The translations under genes and the position numbers were made by a program. Of a stretch of DNA of 64,000 nucleotides, positions 52,339-61,469 are shown piece after piece. Position 1 is the first letter of the stretch. Every line of letters begins with the position of its first letter. The DNA comes from a bacterium (lineage in GTDB: Bacteria; Patescibacteriota; Microgenomatia; UBA10105; UBA927). The stretch lies in the NCBI GenBank assembly GCA_021817785.1, contig JAKAFY010000002.1:11750-75749 (forward strand). Direction: 5' to 3'. The notes beneath the pieces are model-generated. The model had not been told where the DNA came from and made no database searches. It worked only from the letters and a program-made list of their open reading frames with translations.

Positions 52339-52819
52339 AAGGCTTGGAAAGTAAAGAAACACGCGTTAGACAATGCTGTGGGGAGCCAAGTCATTATAAA
52401 AGCAGATCATTTTCATGATTTGTGTAACGCCTTCAATAAATTCTCAATAGAAAAAGCTGTATATTGTATTATCTATTGTTTGGACGACGCTTTTTTGGGG
52501 CCGGATTCATTTTAAGGGCATTTTTGGCAGTCACATCATCTGAAAATACAACGGATGGGGCATCACCAGTAAGGTCTACAGTACCGAATTCTTTTCCAAT
52601 TCCTATAATGCTGTCATGACCTGATTTTGTAAGTTGTCTGTTCTCCCCGCCGTTTTCGGCATATAAACGATTTCCTGCTCTTTTTCAATTATTCACTTTT
52701 TTCTCCAGCATGCCGCCAAGTGACGGAAAAGGGTTAATGTGTAATGGATCTAAATCTTTCTGTCCCATAAAGATGTATATTTTACTACATTTGATTGTCG
52801 TATCCAAATACGCACGAAC

Positions 52820-53257
52820 TTATTTCAGTGATTTGAGGTAGGTGTTCAGAAGTTTGAGCGCCTCTTTTTCGCTCCCGTAGACTAATTCCTTTTTTACGGC
52901 CGGGCACCCGCGAAGCATGCGTGAGATGCGTTTGCCCTTTTCATACATAAGGACGACCGGGATACGGTTTCTTCGGGCATATTCGATCTCGATGCCGGTG
53001 CCTGTGGATGGCTCACCCACATAGGCGATCATGATGTCGCTGGTTTCCAGTTCATACGTGTCTATCTGGTACACGCGGGAAGAGGGGACGTCGGGAGCGA
53101 GTTCCGGATCGGTGCCCCGCTGCCACGCCCAGAAATACTCACAGTCGTTTTTGCGCGCCACATGGGCGAGTTTGGTATAAAATCTCTTCGTTTCTTCCGG
53201 ATTTTTGAGGTCCGTAAGCGGTCCGCCAAAAAAGATACGCATAAGGTGAGTCTCCAA
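52820..53257 (-). CDS. nucleoside 2-deoxyribosyltransferase-like protein
   Basis: MRIFFGGPL N-terminal Rossmann strand and SDIMIAYVGEPSTGTGIEIEYARRNRIPVVLMY match the NDT family D-x-G-T-x-x-E-x-G-x-A motif. Confidence 0.55.
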   Translation of the reverse strand: METHLMRIFFGGPLTDLKNPEETKRFYTKLAHVARKNDCEYFWAWQRGTDPELAPDVPSSRVYQIDTYELETSDIMIAYVGEPSTGTGIEIEYARRNRIPVVLMYEKGKRISRMLRGCPAVKKELVYGSEKEALKLLNTYLKSLK

Positions 53258-53362
53258 CAGAAAGGTAGTATAGCATGAAAAGAGAATGAATGGCCAATAG
53301 CCACGAATTAAGTCAAAAGTGAATTCACAAACTAAACGATAAATACACTTTTATTCTTTTAC

Positions 53363-53400
53363 TATTTGTATTTTTTCCCAATTGGTGGATTTGGCAAATG
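53363..53400 (+). promoter_or_regulatory. palindromic operator-like motif copy 4 (TTTTCCCAATTGGTGGATTTGGCAAAT)
   Basis: Same CCCAATTGGTGGATTTG core as the copy at 17207. It lies between two minus-strand genes. Confidence 0.4.
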
Positions 53401-53407
53401 AGCGGAA

Positions 53408-53749
53408 CTATCGGTTGCGGCTTTTTTGGTGCTGATCGAAATTTGATTGGAATCGCTTGGGAGTAGGTCTAATATTTACTGCCCGCGCTGCCTTATCTTC
53501 ACTTTCGAATTCAACGTGTGGAGTCTTTCCTGTCAGATCAATTGTACCCGTTTCGGAACCAATGCAGATATATGAGCGATGCCCTGCTGTTTGAAGCATG
53601 TGTATTTCTGCGCTGGTGTCCGGGTACACATATTGAGCATCTGATCCCAGGCCTTGACGCCAATTGTGGACTCTTCCTCTCAGAGGTGTTCCCTCTAGCG
53701 ATGGAAATTTGATCGTACGTAGTTCTGGCGGCTGATTTTCGTATATCAT
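53408..53749 (-). CDS. hypothetical protein
   Basis: 113-aa ORF with no recognisable domain. Confidence 0.3.
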   Translation of the reverse strand: MIYENQPPELRTIKFPSLEGTPLRGRVHNWRQGLGSDAQYVYPDTSAEIHMLQTAGHRSYICIGSETGTIDLTGKTPHVEFESEDKAARAVNIRPTPKRFQSNFDQHQKSRNR

Positions 53750-54139
53750 GCCGGAAATAATACTACGAAGAATTCTCCTTGTCTATCTACTCATCTTACC
53801 GTCTTGACCTAGGGAGATGAAAGGCACCGACGCCCCGTCCGGCAGGTATAACGCTATGAGATTCAACTTTATACCCCTTCAAAGCTAGAATTTTGGATTC
53901 CGTCATTATTCTTGAACTTGTGCGCAAGCCTAGCGTGCCTTTTGCGAATAATCCGGATCCGGATACCGTATACATAAACTCATGAAGTTCGCCGTCATGC
54001 CCTCGGGCCTGGAGGAATATTTTATTTTCCATTTACACTACCATTGCAGGCAACAGCTCCCGTTTCAAGATATGTTTTTCTCTAGGTTAGCATGCTATAC
54101 TATACTTCCCTCGAAAAAGGCGGAATAAGGAGGAACTAT

Positions 54140-54556
54140 ATGATCGAAAAAACAGTTGTTCTCATAAAACCTGATGGCATGGAAAAGCATGTCGTAGGAG
54201 CTATTATTGACCGATTTGAACGAGCCGGACTAGTACTTTCCGCATTAAAGCTCGTACAACTGACTCAGCCAATCCTTGATACCTGGTATGCCCATCACAA
54301 AGACAAACCGTTTTTTCCGGAATTATCCAAGCAAATGATGAGTACACCAGTCGTTGCCATGGTTTTGTCAGGCGAAGGTGCGATCCAAAAAGTATTTGAT
54401 ATCTGCGGTCCGACCGACCCAGCCGAGGCCGCCCCCGGCACTATTCGCCGTGACTATGGCGTGGATAAACCACATAACGTAGTCCATCGTTCAGATAGTG
54501 TGGAAGCTGCAGCCAAAGAAATCGGGCTGCTGTTTACCCCTGACGAGTTGCACTGA
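54140..54556 (+). CDS. ndk: nucleoside diphosphate kinase
   Basis: Strong RBS AAGGAGG 7 nt upstream of the ATG at 54140. VVLIKPDG... and NVVHRSDS (N-x-x-H-G/R-S-D active-site His). Confidence 0.85.
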   Translation: MIEKTVVLIKPDGMEKHVVGAIIDRFERAGLVLSALKLVQLTQPILDTWYAHHKDKPFFPELSKQMMSTPVVAMVLSGEGAIQKVFDICGPTDPAEAAPGTIRRDYGVDKPHNVVHRSDSVEAAAKEIGLLFTPDELH

Positions 54557-54565
54557 CGATTATTT

Positions 54566-54916
54566 TTGTTCTTGCTAGGATTGATCTCCCTGCAGTATAG
54601 TACAGAAAACGGTATGAGCCATAAAAGTCCAGAAGACCGATACTGGTGCGTTTATAGCCTCGAAAAATCACCAGCTGAGGGGATCAGCGGTAATCTGACC
54701 GTCTTTGTTACCCGAACAGGTCGACGTAAAACAACATTTAAATTAATAGTTCCCGCATTTCAAATTGGCGACCTTTATGAACGATTAGACATACAAACGG
54801 AATCGGTATATCATCCGCGATCGGATTATCGGTATCGTAAAGCGACTCGGGATCTTCAACAAATGCTACGGGATTGTCATGCAGAGCGCTATAGACCATT
54901 GCCTTTGGCGGCATGA
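54566..54916 (+). CDS. hypothetical protein
   Basis: 116-aa ORF 10 bp after ndk. Confidence 0.3.
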   Translation: MFLLGLISLQYSTENGMSHKSPEDRYWCVYSLEKSPAEGISGNLTVFVTRTGRRKTTFKLIVPAFQIGDLYERLDIQTESVYHPRSDYRYRKATRDLQQMLRDCHAERYRPLPLAA

Positions 54917-55273
54917 ACCGCCATGTAGCAGATAAAGGTTACTCGTTAGCAGTATCGGTCAGGTCGATTCGCACATTTGTTGCTACCCATCCATGTTTTG
55001 ACGAACCGATGTAATATTCACCGTCTCCGGCGACATGCGTGTGCCCATGATCCAATATGTATACTATTTCTCCAATGCCGACTTTAAAGAGCGAGATATT
55101 TCGAGAGGGACGAGAGCCATCTAACGTATCAGCCTGTTTCGTTCCAGGGTGAGTTTCTCGACCTCTGTCATAACGACATGTGGCAACCACCTGGTAGTCA
55201 TCTGCAGTATACGTGCGGGTACACTTCTGTCAACGGATGTGTACTGTATCTTACATAGGTAAGAGATAAGGAT

Positions 55274-55738
55274 TTGATATATCCTATAGAAATTGGTACA
55301 CTATACAACTTGTTCAATATGCATAAACGCGAGTTCGGTTTTGATTATGTTCTTACGCATGAAACGGCAAACGGGGATAAACTTGCTTTTCTCCCGCGTG
55401 GTATTCGTGGATTTAAACTGATCCGTCATGAAGGTGGTGGTGGAGGTCTCCCTGTGGCAGCTCGGGTAGAGCCTGAGGAGGGTGAGAGCGGGACATCCAT
55501 AGAATATATGCTGGAGGAGCATGTATTTTCTATCCTACACGGAACGCATACGGCATTATACCAAGCAAATCTTCGTAGGGATAAACGTATCGGCATGTCG
55601 GAAATGGATGATGAATATATGCGACTGAAAGCCCAAGAGGAAGTCCTCATGGGGCTAGCAAACACCGGGAGACGGATTTTTGAAGGATTTACAAGAACGC
55701 TACTTCCATGGCGCTCATCCGGTATCGGGGCGAGATGA
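55274..55738 (+). CDS. hypothetical protein
   Basis: 154-aa ORF with no recognisable domain. Confidence 0.35.
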   Translation: MIYPIEIGTLYNLFNMHKREFGFDYVLTHETANGDKLAFLPRGIRGFKLIRHEGGGGGLPVAARVEPEEGESGTSIEYMLEEHVFSILHGTHTALYQANLRRDKRIGMSEMDDEYMRLKAQEEVLMGLANTGRRIFEGFTRTLLPWRSSGIGAR

Positions 55739-55754
55739 TTTTTGACGCGGATTA

Positions 55755-56615
55755 TTATTTCAGAATAAGAATGCGCATTGTCTCGATAATGCCATACACC
55801 CCCAACCCGATAAACGCCAAAGCTCCCAAAAATGATACGACTTCATTTTTCACCGCATTGATCGTGCGTGTGGGGGAGAGGAAAAGCGCGATATTAAGGA
55901 GCGTGTGGGCTGCTATGACGCCAATGGCAAAGCCGTAGACGTTGACGACGGAGAAAAGGGGCACGTAACCCGCAAAGTCATCGAGTCCCAGGATAAACGG
56001 CACGGTGACGGCAAATCCGATAAGCCCCATCCAGGTAAGCCCTGCTTTGCCTTTCATTTTCGCCGACAAATCCGGCATGATGCGCAAAAGTATGGGGTCG
56101 ATGAGCTTTTTCACCGGGTCGAGTATGCCGTGCATACCGAAAAATCCTATGCGTTGGGGGAGTGATCCGCTTTGCCACATTTCGAAATGTTCCAGACTGG
56201 CGTGGGCCAGTTCAAACAGCACCAGGGATGCCATAAACACCATAAGGGCAAGCAAAATACTGATATCTTTGAGGAGTACCCACAGGATAATGATGGCGAT
56301 GGTACCCACGGCATTTCCCACTGCCGTGCCGATTTCTATAGCCACACGACTCCGCCAGCCGGGGTTTGCGGCCATCATGCGGCCCATGAATATGGCAAAG
56401 TCGATGCTGGTTTTTAAATAAATCGTGGCTCCTACCACCACATCATACCATCGGAGGTCCAAACGGATGGGTTGGGCGGCGGGAAGGATATTTGCGAAGA
56501 ACAGGGAAGCGTGTAATAGCCCGATGAGACCCGCCATAACGACGAGGGTAAGCGTCAGCGGGATACATTGTGCAAGTATCGGCGATCGGTCTACCCGGTC
56601 CAAAAATGCATCCAT
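55755..56615 (-). CDS. integral membrane protein (at least 7 TM)
   Basis: 286 aa, strongly hydrophobic throughout. Family not recognisable from sequence alone. Confidence 0.5.
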   Translation of the reverse strand: MDAFLDRVDRSPILAQCIPLTLTLVVMAGLIGLLHASLFFANILPAAQPIRLDLRWYDVVVGATIYLKTSIDFAIFMGRMMAANPGWRSRVAIEIGTAVGNAVGTIAIIILWVLLKDISILLALMVFMASLVLFELAHASLEHFEMWQSGSLPQRIGFFGMHGILDPVKKLIDPILLRIMPDLSAKMKGKAGLTWMGLIGFAVTVPFILGLDDFAGYVPLFSVVNVYGFAIGVIAAHTLLNIALFLSPTRTINAVKNEVVSFLGALAFIGLGVYGIIETMRILILK

Positions 56616-56645
56616 GGGGATATTGTAACACTCACATGTCCAGCT

Positions 56646-56894
56646 TTATTCAATAGCAGTACATCCATATTCACGCTTCTTCGTTCTGCGTCTTGCCTGA
56701 ATGCGTTCGAGTGCAAGTTCCAGACCAATGACAGACTGTTCCATATGATGTAATTCCTCTTTACTATAATCCTCCGGATGTGCGAGAGCTGCACGTAAAT
56801 TGCCTAGGCGCGTAATTGGGCTTTCTCGCGCCGCGTTTGCTTCCGCGTCTACGCGACAATGCCTAGCTTTTTTACAGTGTTCACAGAAAACCAT
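56646..56894 (-). CDS. small hypothetical protein with a CxxC-containing N-terminus
   Basis: 82 aa with FCEHCKKARHC. Confidence 0.25.
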   Translation of the reverse strand: MVFCEHCKKARHCRVDAEANAARESPITRLGNLRAALAHPEDYSKEELHHMEQSVIGLELALERIQARRRTKKREYGCTAIE

Positions 56895-57371
56895 AAGGGT
56901 GGGAGTATATCAAAAAAAGAGAGGAAATAAAGTTATAGGCTATAGTATACGTATATTTTGACTAGATATCCTCGGGCACTCTGTGTAGCGCCACCGACAT
57001 GGCGCGATACCTGTCCCATGCGGGGAGAGTAATACATTTGACTGCGATGTCATGCAGAAATAGGCAAAAGTTGGGAAAATGCGCTATACTACACCTTCAT
57101 TTTATATCCCTATGGAACGAAAAATACAACGGAACGGTAACGTGGAATACGTCGTGCAACCTGATGAAGTGAACCGTATGGAAGCGGCTAAAAAAGCCGG
57201 ATTGTGGTTCGTGTTTGCCGGGGGCAAAAAAGGAGGCGTACGACGCGTATGCTTTAACAAACGTAATCCTATAGATGTGGCTGCGGAATCGCTTTTTTGT
57301 TCAAACGCCGCTGATGCAAATGTTTTTCCGGAGTAGGGGCGTCACAATATGTTTTCTGCCCATGGTACTTA

Positions 57372-57944
57372 TTAGGCACGTATTGCGAGCTCTGTCATTT
57401 CCGATGATGCGAGCACCACCATAGTGCGTATGGCATCGGAAAATGGAAGCGTTCGGATCGGTCGGACCACAAGCATGGGGTGTTCCTCATGGGGCCTAAA
57501 TGGTACTTCTCGAGGATGGACGAGGGTCCAACAGTGAGCGGGATATTCTCCGTCGGGCGGGTCTTTGGATATATCAGCAATGAGTCCCGTGACTGAGTGC
57601 GCCCATGGGTAGGCAAGCGTGTGCATGTGGATTGCGGGGATATGTTTGGCATGGTGCCGGATAGGAATGATTTTATATTGTGCTCGTTCGGGATCGGCTA
57701 TGGCGAGCAGATCTACCGGAAGCTCTCCATTTGCCATAGCGCGGATCAATTTATCCGCTTCTGGTGAAGGCATGTTTCTTCGCCTGGCAGAAAAATTGAC
57801 GACCTGACATTCCAGTGTATCCAATAAATCTTTCCAGCTCAGAGCAATGTGTGTAGGTAGTTTTTGAATATGTTGGGCTCGTAAAGATTCAAATGTGGGC
57901 ATATAAGAAGGTTGCATCATACAGCGATGCATTTTTTCTGTCAA
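57372..57944 (-). CDS. hypothetical protein
   Basis: 190-aa His-rich ORF with no recognisable domain. Confidence 0.35.
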   Translation of the reverse strand: MTEKMHRCMMQPSYMPTFESLRAQHIQKLPTHIALSWKDLLDTLECQVVNFSARRRNMPSPEADKLIRAMANGELPVDLLAIADPERAQYKIIPIRHHAKHIPAIHMHTLAYPWAHSVTGLIADISKDPPDGEYPAHCWTLVHPREVPFRPHEEHPMLVVRPIRTLPFSDAIRTMVVLASSEMTELAIRA

Positions 57945-57976
57945 TATAAATCTGTGAGATAGATTACAAATTTGTT

Positions 57977-58357
57977 TTGATCGTCAGAATGAGCTATAGT
58001 ATGTCTTCTATGCGGAAAATGGGGATAGAATTTGAATTTGATCAGATACTCACCAACCAGCGTCCAACTGATGGGGAGCGCGATATGGCGCGTGCATTGC
58101 GCAATCCGAATAACCATATCGCGGCTCATCAGTCGTATGTGTTTACACACAGCGATGTTCATAAAACAGGGTCATATTATTTTGAGCAACCCCTCACTCC
58201 ACAACAAAGAAAAGAGTATGAGGATAAGGGATTTACGATAACGGATACGGGGTTTATTAAAGATGACGCACCCGTAGCCGCCGGCGTTATCCATAGACCT
58301 AGAGGCAAACAACGGATTGGGGTAAATAGAGGTCTTCCTGTTGATATCATAACCTAA
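57977..58357 (+). CDS. small paralog family protein A
   Basis: Shares the FDQILTNQ...DMARALR N-terminal motif with the two downstream ORFs. Confidence 0.4.
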   Translation: MIVRMSYSMSSMRKMGIEFEFDQILTNQRPTDGERDMARALRNPNNHIAAHQSYVFTHSDVHKTGSYYFEQPLTPQQRKEYEDKGFTITDTGFIKDDAPVAAGVIHRPRGKQRIGVNRGLPVDIIT

Positions 58358-58547
58358 CATCATAAATTTCCGCTTTTGAGACATATATATGGGTAGATGT
58401 TGCAGGGCCATGCCCTGCAAGGAGCTACCATCGACACCGTTCTGCGTCTGGCATGAATGTTCGTATAGCGAGATGTAAAGAAAAAGAAAGTACACCCGTG
58501 TGCCACCCGTTGATAATAGGCTTATAGTATGTTAAAATACGCGTTCT

Positions 58548-58889
58548 ATGCCACATAGATCCGAATCACTCTTTGACATGATCTTAACCGGTCAAGCGCC
58601 CCCCCCTCAGGTTGCAGACATGCAGTGTGCTGTTCGTCGTGGGAGTCTGAAAGGAGTATTTGCGCCATATGAACAGTATCGTAATAGGTTTGGCACAATT
58701 TTTATTTATGAAGATGTATTGCCGGAAGACAAGCGGAAAAATTTAGGATTAAGCCATGTCACACATCTCGAAGAAGGCGATGTGATAAAACGAACCAAAG
58801 GCGGGAACTGGGTATTGGATTCAGGGAGTATGGCAACATTTGGGAGAGGTACGGCAAATCACGCCAGGTTTATAAAGAAAAATAAGTAA
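58548..58889 (+). CDS. small paralog family protein B
   Basis: LFDMILTGQAPPPQVADMQCAVRRGSL shares the motif. Confidence 0.4.
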   Translation: MPHRSESLFDMILTGQAPPPQVADMQCAVRRGSLKGVFAPYEQYRNRFGTIFIYEDVLPEDKRKNLGLSHVTHLEEGDVIKRTKGGNWVLDSGSMATFGRGTANHARFIKKNK

Positions 58890-58893
58890 CGAT

Positions 58894-59286
58894 ATGAAAC
58901 GAATAGAAAACGGCCAGAGTATTGTTCGACCACGAAGGATTCGTGATGGAGTAGACATGTTTGATGCGATTTTGACCTATCAGGCATCGTTGCCACAGGT
59001 TCTCAGCATGGAGCGAGCGATACAACGAAGTGCGCTGTCGGGCGGACTTGCCGCGCATCATCATTTTATTGATGGGAAAGGACATCATTATTATTTTAAT
59101 TCGCTTTCTGCCGAAACGATGCGGACCAAAGGTCTTACAGAGATTGGGCCATATATCAACGTAGGGGATGTCTTTCCTGATCCGGGCGGATCAGGAAAAA
59201 TGTATAGGCACGTCGACAAAAAGATACCTGGCAGCGAAATGATCGGAAGGGGCGAGGGGCTTCGGGTAGTGGAAGTAACGGAATGA
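58894..59286 (+). CDS. small paralog family protein C
   Basis: MFDAILTYQASLPQVLSMERAIQRSAL shares the motif. It starts 5 bp after B. Confidence 0.4.
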   Translation: MKRIENGQSIVRPRRIRDGVDMFDAILTYQASLPQVLSMERAIQRSALSGGLAAHHHFIDGKGHHYYFNSLSAETMRTKGLTEIGPYINVGDVFPDPGGSGKMYRHVDKKIPGSEMIGRGEGLRVVEVTE

Positions 59287-59434
59287 GTATGTGACCTCCT
59301 TGTTCTTGCAGGTCATAGCCCCGCAAAAAAAAGCAAAAGAAATATAAAGCTAGAATGCTTTATGCAATCATAGAGTCCTTTTGACCGGATAGTAAAAAGA
59401 TCGTTTTGTTGGGTGTAGAAGATGTAGTGGTAAC

Positions 59435-59764
59435 GTGAAAGAGATACAAAATTTGTGTTTCTATATAAAAAATTTACGTACGTTGATTATGTCCAGAAAA
59501 GGCGTCGAGAAATTTATAGGGCATATGGTTACTCGTAGACTAATTAGGCATTATGTCCTGATGGGGAACGTCACTGGTGCACTTAGATTGTATGATCTCG
59601 ATGAAACAGATCGGCAAAATATAAATCGCGCGGTGCATACTCAGCACGACTTGTTGATAACATATGCATTATCAGAGCAGCGCATGCATGAGAGCGAGGT
59701 ATTGGGAAACATAGCATCGAGTTTACAAGGGTATATGGAGTCGCGGTATCCCCGAAAAGAATAG
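59435..59764 (+). CDS. hypothetical protein
   Basis: 109-aa ORF with no recognisable domain. Confidence 0.3.
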   Translation: MKEIQNLCFYIKNLRTLIMSRKGVEKFIGHMVTRRLIRHYVLMGNVTGALRLYDLDETDRQNINRAVHTQHDLLITYALSEQRMHESEVLGNIASSLQGYMESRYPRKE

Positions 59765-59768
59765 CGAG

Positions 59769-60419
59769 TTACACAATAATTTTCAGCTGGCGGAGGATGG
59801 GGAGTAATACTTCAAACGGCAGGCCGATGACGTTGGTGTAGGAGCCATCAATTTTGGTGACTAAATCCCACGGCGTTTCGTTTAGGGCGTAGCCCGCTGC
59901 AAAGCGCGTAAAGTCGTAGTGGGTCACATAACTTTCGAGTTCCGGGCCGGTCAACTTCCTGAGTGTTACTTTGGTTTCCACGGTCTTCGTCCAGGTCTTT
60001 TTTAACTTCCCCATGGCGATATGGGAGATGACGACACACGTCGTAAACGTATGGGTTTTGCCCATGAGATCCTTCAAGATCCGGATGGCGTCATCGCGGT
60101 CTACGGCTTTGCCGTAGCTTTTTTTGCCCACGATCGCTTCAGAGTCCGCCGTGATGACCACCACATCCCGATCTTCCGGGATCATGTAGACTCTCGGATT
60201 GTTGACGATTTCCGTATTTTTGGCCGCGGCCCGTTTTTGGATCATTTTAGCAGGGTTCGGATCCGTGATTTTGTCTTCATCCAGGCGGGTGACAGCCACG
60301 CGGAAACGAATGGCTAGCTTTTCCAAGAGGCTTCTCCGGCCGATGGACTGGGAGGCGAGCACGACATCGGGCGCTAATGGTTCTTCTTCCTGATTTTTGG
60401 AGGCGAAAGATAATTTCAT
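59769..60419 (-). CDS. maf: Maf-like nucleoside triphosphate pyrophosphatase
   Basis: VVLASQSIGRRSLLEKL matches the Maf S-x-S-P-R-R region and VIGLPFEVL matches the C-terminal GLP motif. The true start is probably an internal codon. Confidence 0.7.
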   Translation of the reverse strand: MKLSFASKNQEEEPLAPDVVLASQSIGRRSLLEKLAIRFRVAVTRLDEDKITDPNPAKMIQKRAAAKNTEIVNNPRVYMIPEDRDVVVITADSEAIVGKKSYGKAVDRDDAIRILKDLMGKTHTFTTCVVISHIAMGKLKKTWTKTVETKVTLRKLTGPELESYVTHYDFTRFAAGYALNETPWDLVTKIDGSYTNVIGLPFEVLLPILRQLKIIV

Positions 60420-60782
60420 TATGCCGTAGTATAGCGTATTTTGGAGAATTTTGCGAGGAGGGGATTATGTAGGCCACTGCAACGGTCGGCCTCTCCCATT
60501 TTGTTCTGTGACTAATTTTTGAAATTTAGCTTCTCGTCGAGTTCGAAATATTTTGTTGGCTTTTTCGCCCGTAAAATTTTTAGCGAGTTCCGCAGCATCA
60601 TCTCCTGCGGCCTGTCGGAGTGAAAAATCATCACCCTTTATTTCAACCGTTTTACTATGTATGGATACATACATATTTGTATTATACCCCACAATACAAG
60701 CGGTGTGCCGCTATGGGGCTTGATTGACTCGTTAGCGAATCGATGCATATCGATGAGTGTACGTCATCAATCCTAGCGCTTT

Positions 60783-60850
60783 GTGCCCCTAGAGGGAATT
60801 GAACCCCCATCTTGCCCTTAGGACGGGCCTGCTCTCCGCCTGCCATAGCC
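60783..60850 (-). pseudogene. tRNA-Arg-like partial copy (anticodon arm plus T arm only; no foldable 5' half)
   Basis: The minus-strand sequence GGCCCGTCCTAAGGGCAAGATGGGGGTTCAATTCCCTCTAGGGGCAC is about 80% identical to the 3' two-thirds of the adjacent tRNA-Arg. The 23 nt upstream cannot form an acceptor or D stem. Confidence 0.35.
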
Positions 60851-60852
60851 TG

Positions 60853-60924
60853 TGCCCTTGGGGGGAATCGAACCCTCATCTCACCCTTAGGACGGGTTTG
60901 CTCTATCCATTGAGCTACAAAGGC
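60853..60924 (-). tRNA. tRNA-Arg (anticodon CCT), no encoded CCA
   Basis: Manual fold. Acceptor stem GCCTTTG/CAAGGGC (one G-U pair), D arm GCTC-AATGGATA-GAGC, anticodon stem with loop GTCCTAA (U33, CCT, A37), T arm GAGGG-TTCGATT-CCCCC, discriminator A. Confidence 0.75.
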
Positions 60925-60976
60925 GCCCAGGTATTATAGCATCATAAACCACACGGTTGACACCCGTGATGTCTGG

Positions 60977-61384
60977 GTGCATAATCAATTCATGTATTCT
61001 ACGCATCAAAAGGGTGTGTATGGTGAATTAGCATTTACGCTCCGGCTTATCGAAAAAGGATATTCTGTCTTGCACCCGGTCAATCCGAATTCCAGTTATG
61101 ACCTTGTCGTAGAAAAGGATGGTGTTTTTCAACGAATACAGGTAAAATACCTTACATCGCGACATGGAGTAGTCCGTATAGAGCTTGATCGTCCGAAACG
61201 GAAGACCGCTTCATATCGTGATCGCAAGATTGATGCGATAGGGGTGTATGAATCGACAGGGAAAAAATGCTATCTGATTCCTATCGCGTCTATACAAGTG
61301 AAATCTGATTATTGGTTGCGGACGGATAATCCAAAAAATAATCAATATAAAGGGATTCATTTGGCGACGGAGTTTGAATTGTAG
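60977..61384 (+). CDS. Hjc/YraN-like PD-(D/E)xK nuclease-fold protein
   Basis: KGVYGELAFTLRLIEKGYSVLHPVNPNSSYDLVVEKDGVFQRIQVKY matches the G-x-x-x-E ... D-L-V ... I/V-x-V-K core of Hjc/UPF0102. It is 135 aa and its stop abuts the tRNA-Pro start. Confidence 0.5.
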   Translation: MHNQFMYSTHQKGVYGELAFTLRLIEKGYSVLHPVNPNSSYDLVVEKDGVFQRIQVKYLTSRHGVVRIELDRPKRKTASYRDRKIDAIGVYESTGKKCYLIPIASIQVKSDYWLRTDNPKNNQYKGIHLATEFEL

Positions 61385-61460
61385 CGGGGTGTGGCTCAGT
61401 TGGTAGAGCGCTTCGTTCGGGACGAAGAGGTCGTGAGTTCAAGTCTCACCACCCCGACCA
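61385..61460 (+). tRNA. tRNA-Pro (anticodon CGG) with encoded CCA
   Basis: Manual fold. Acceptor stem CGGGGTG/CACCCCG is fully paired. U8, D arm GCTC-AGTTGGTA-GAGC, anticodon stem CTTCG/CGAAG with loop TTCGGGA (U33, CGG, G37), T arm GTGAG-TTCAAGT-CTCAC, discriminator A, then CCA. Confidence 0.85.
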
Positions 61461-61469
61461 TAATAAAGG

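Noticed and set aside
60783-60850. Calling the second tRNA-like unit a complete tRNA gene
   Set aside because: Only 23 nt separate it from the upstream tRNA. No 7-bp acceptor stem complementary to its 3' end (TAGGGGC) exists, and no D arm can be drawn, so it is kept as a fragment or pseudogene.
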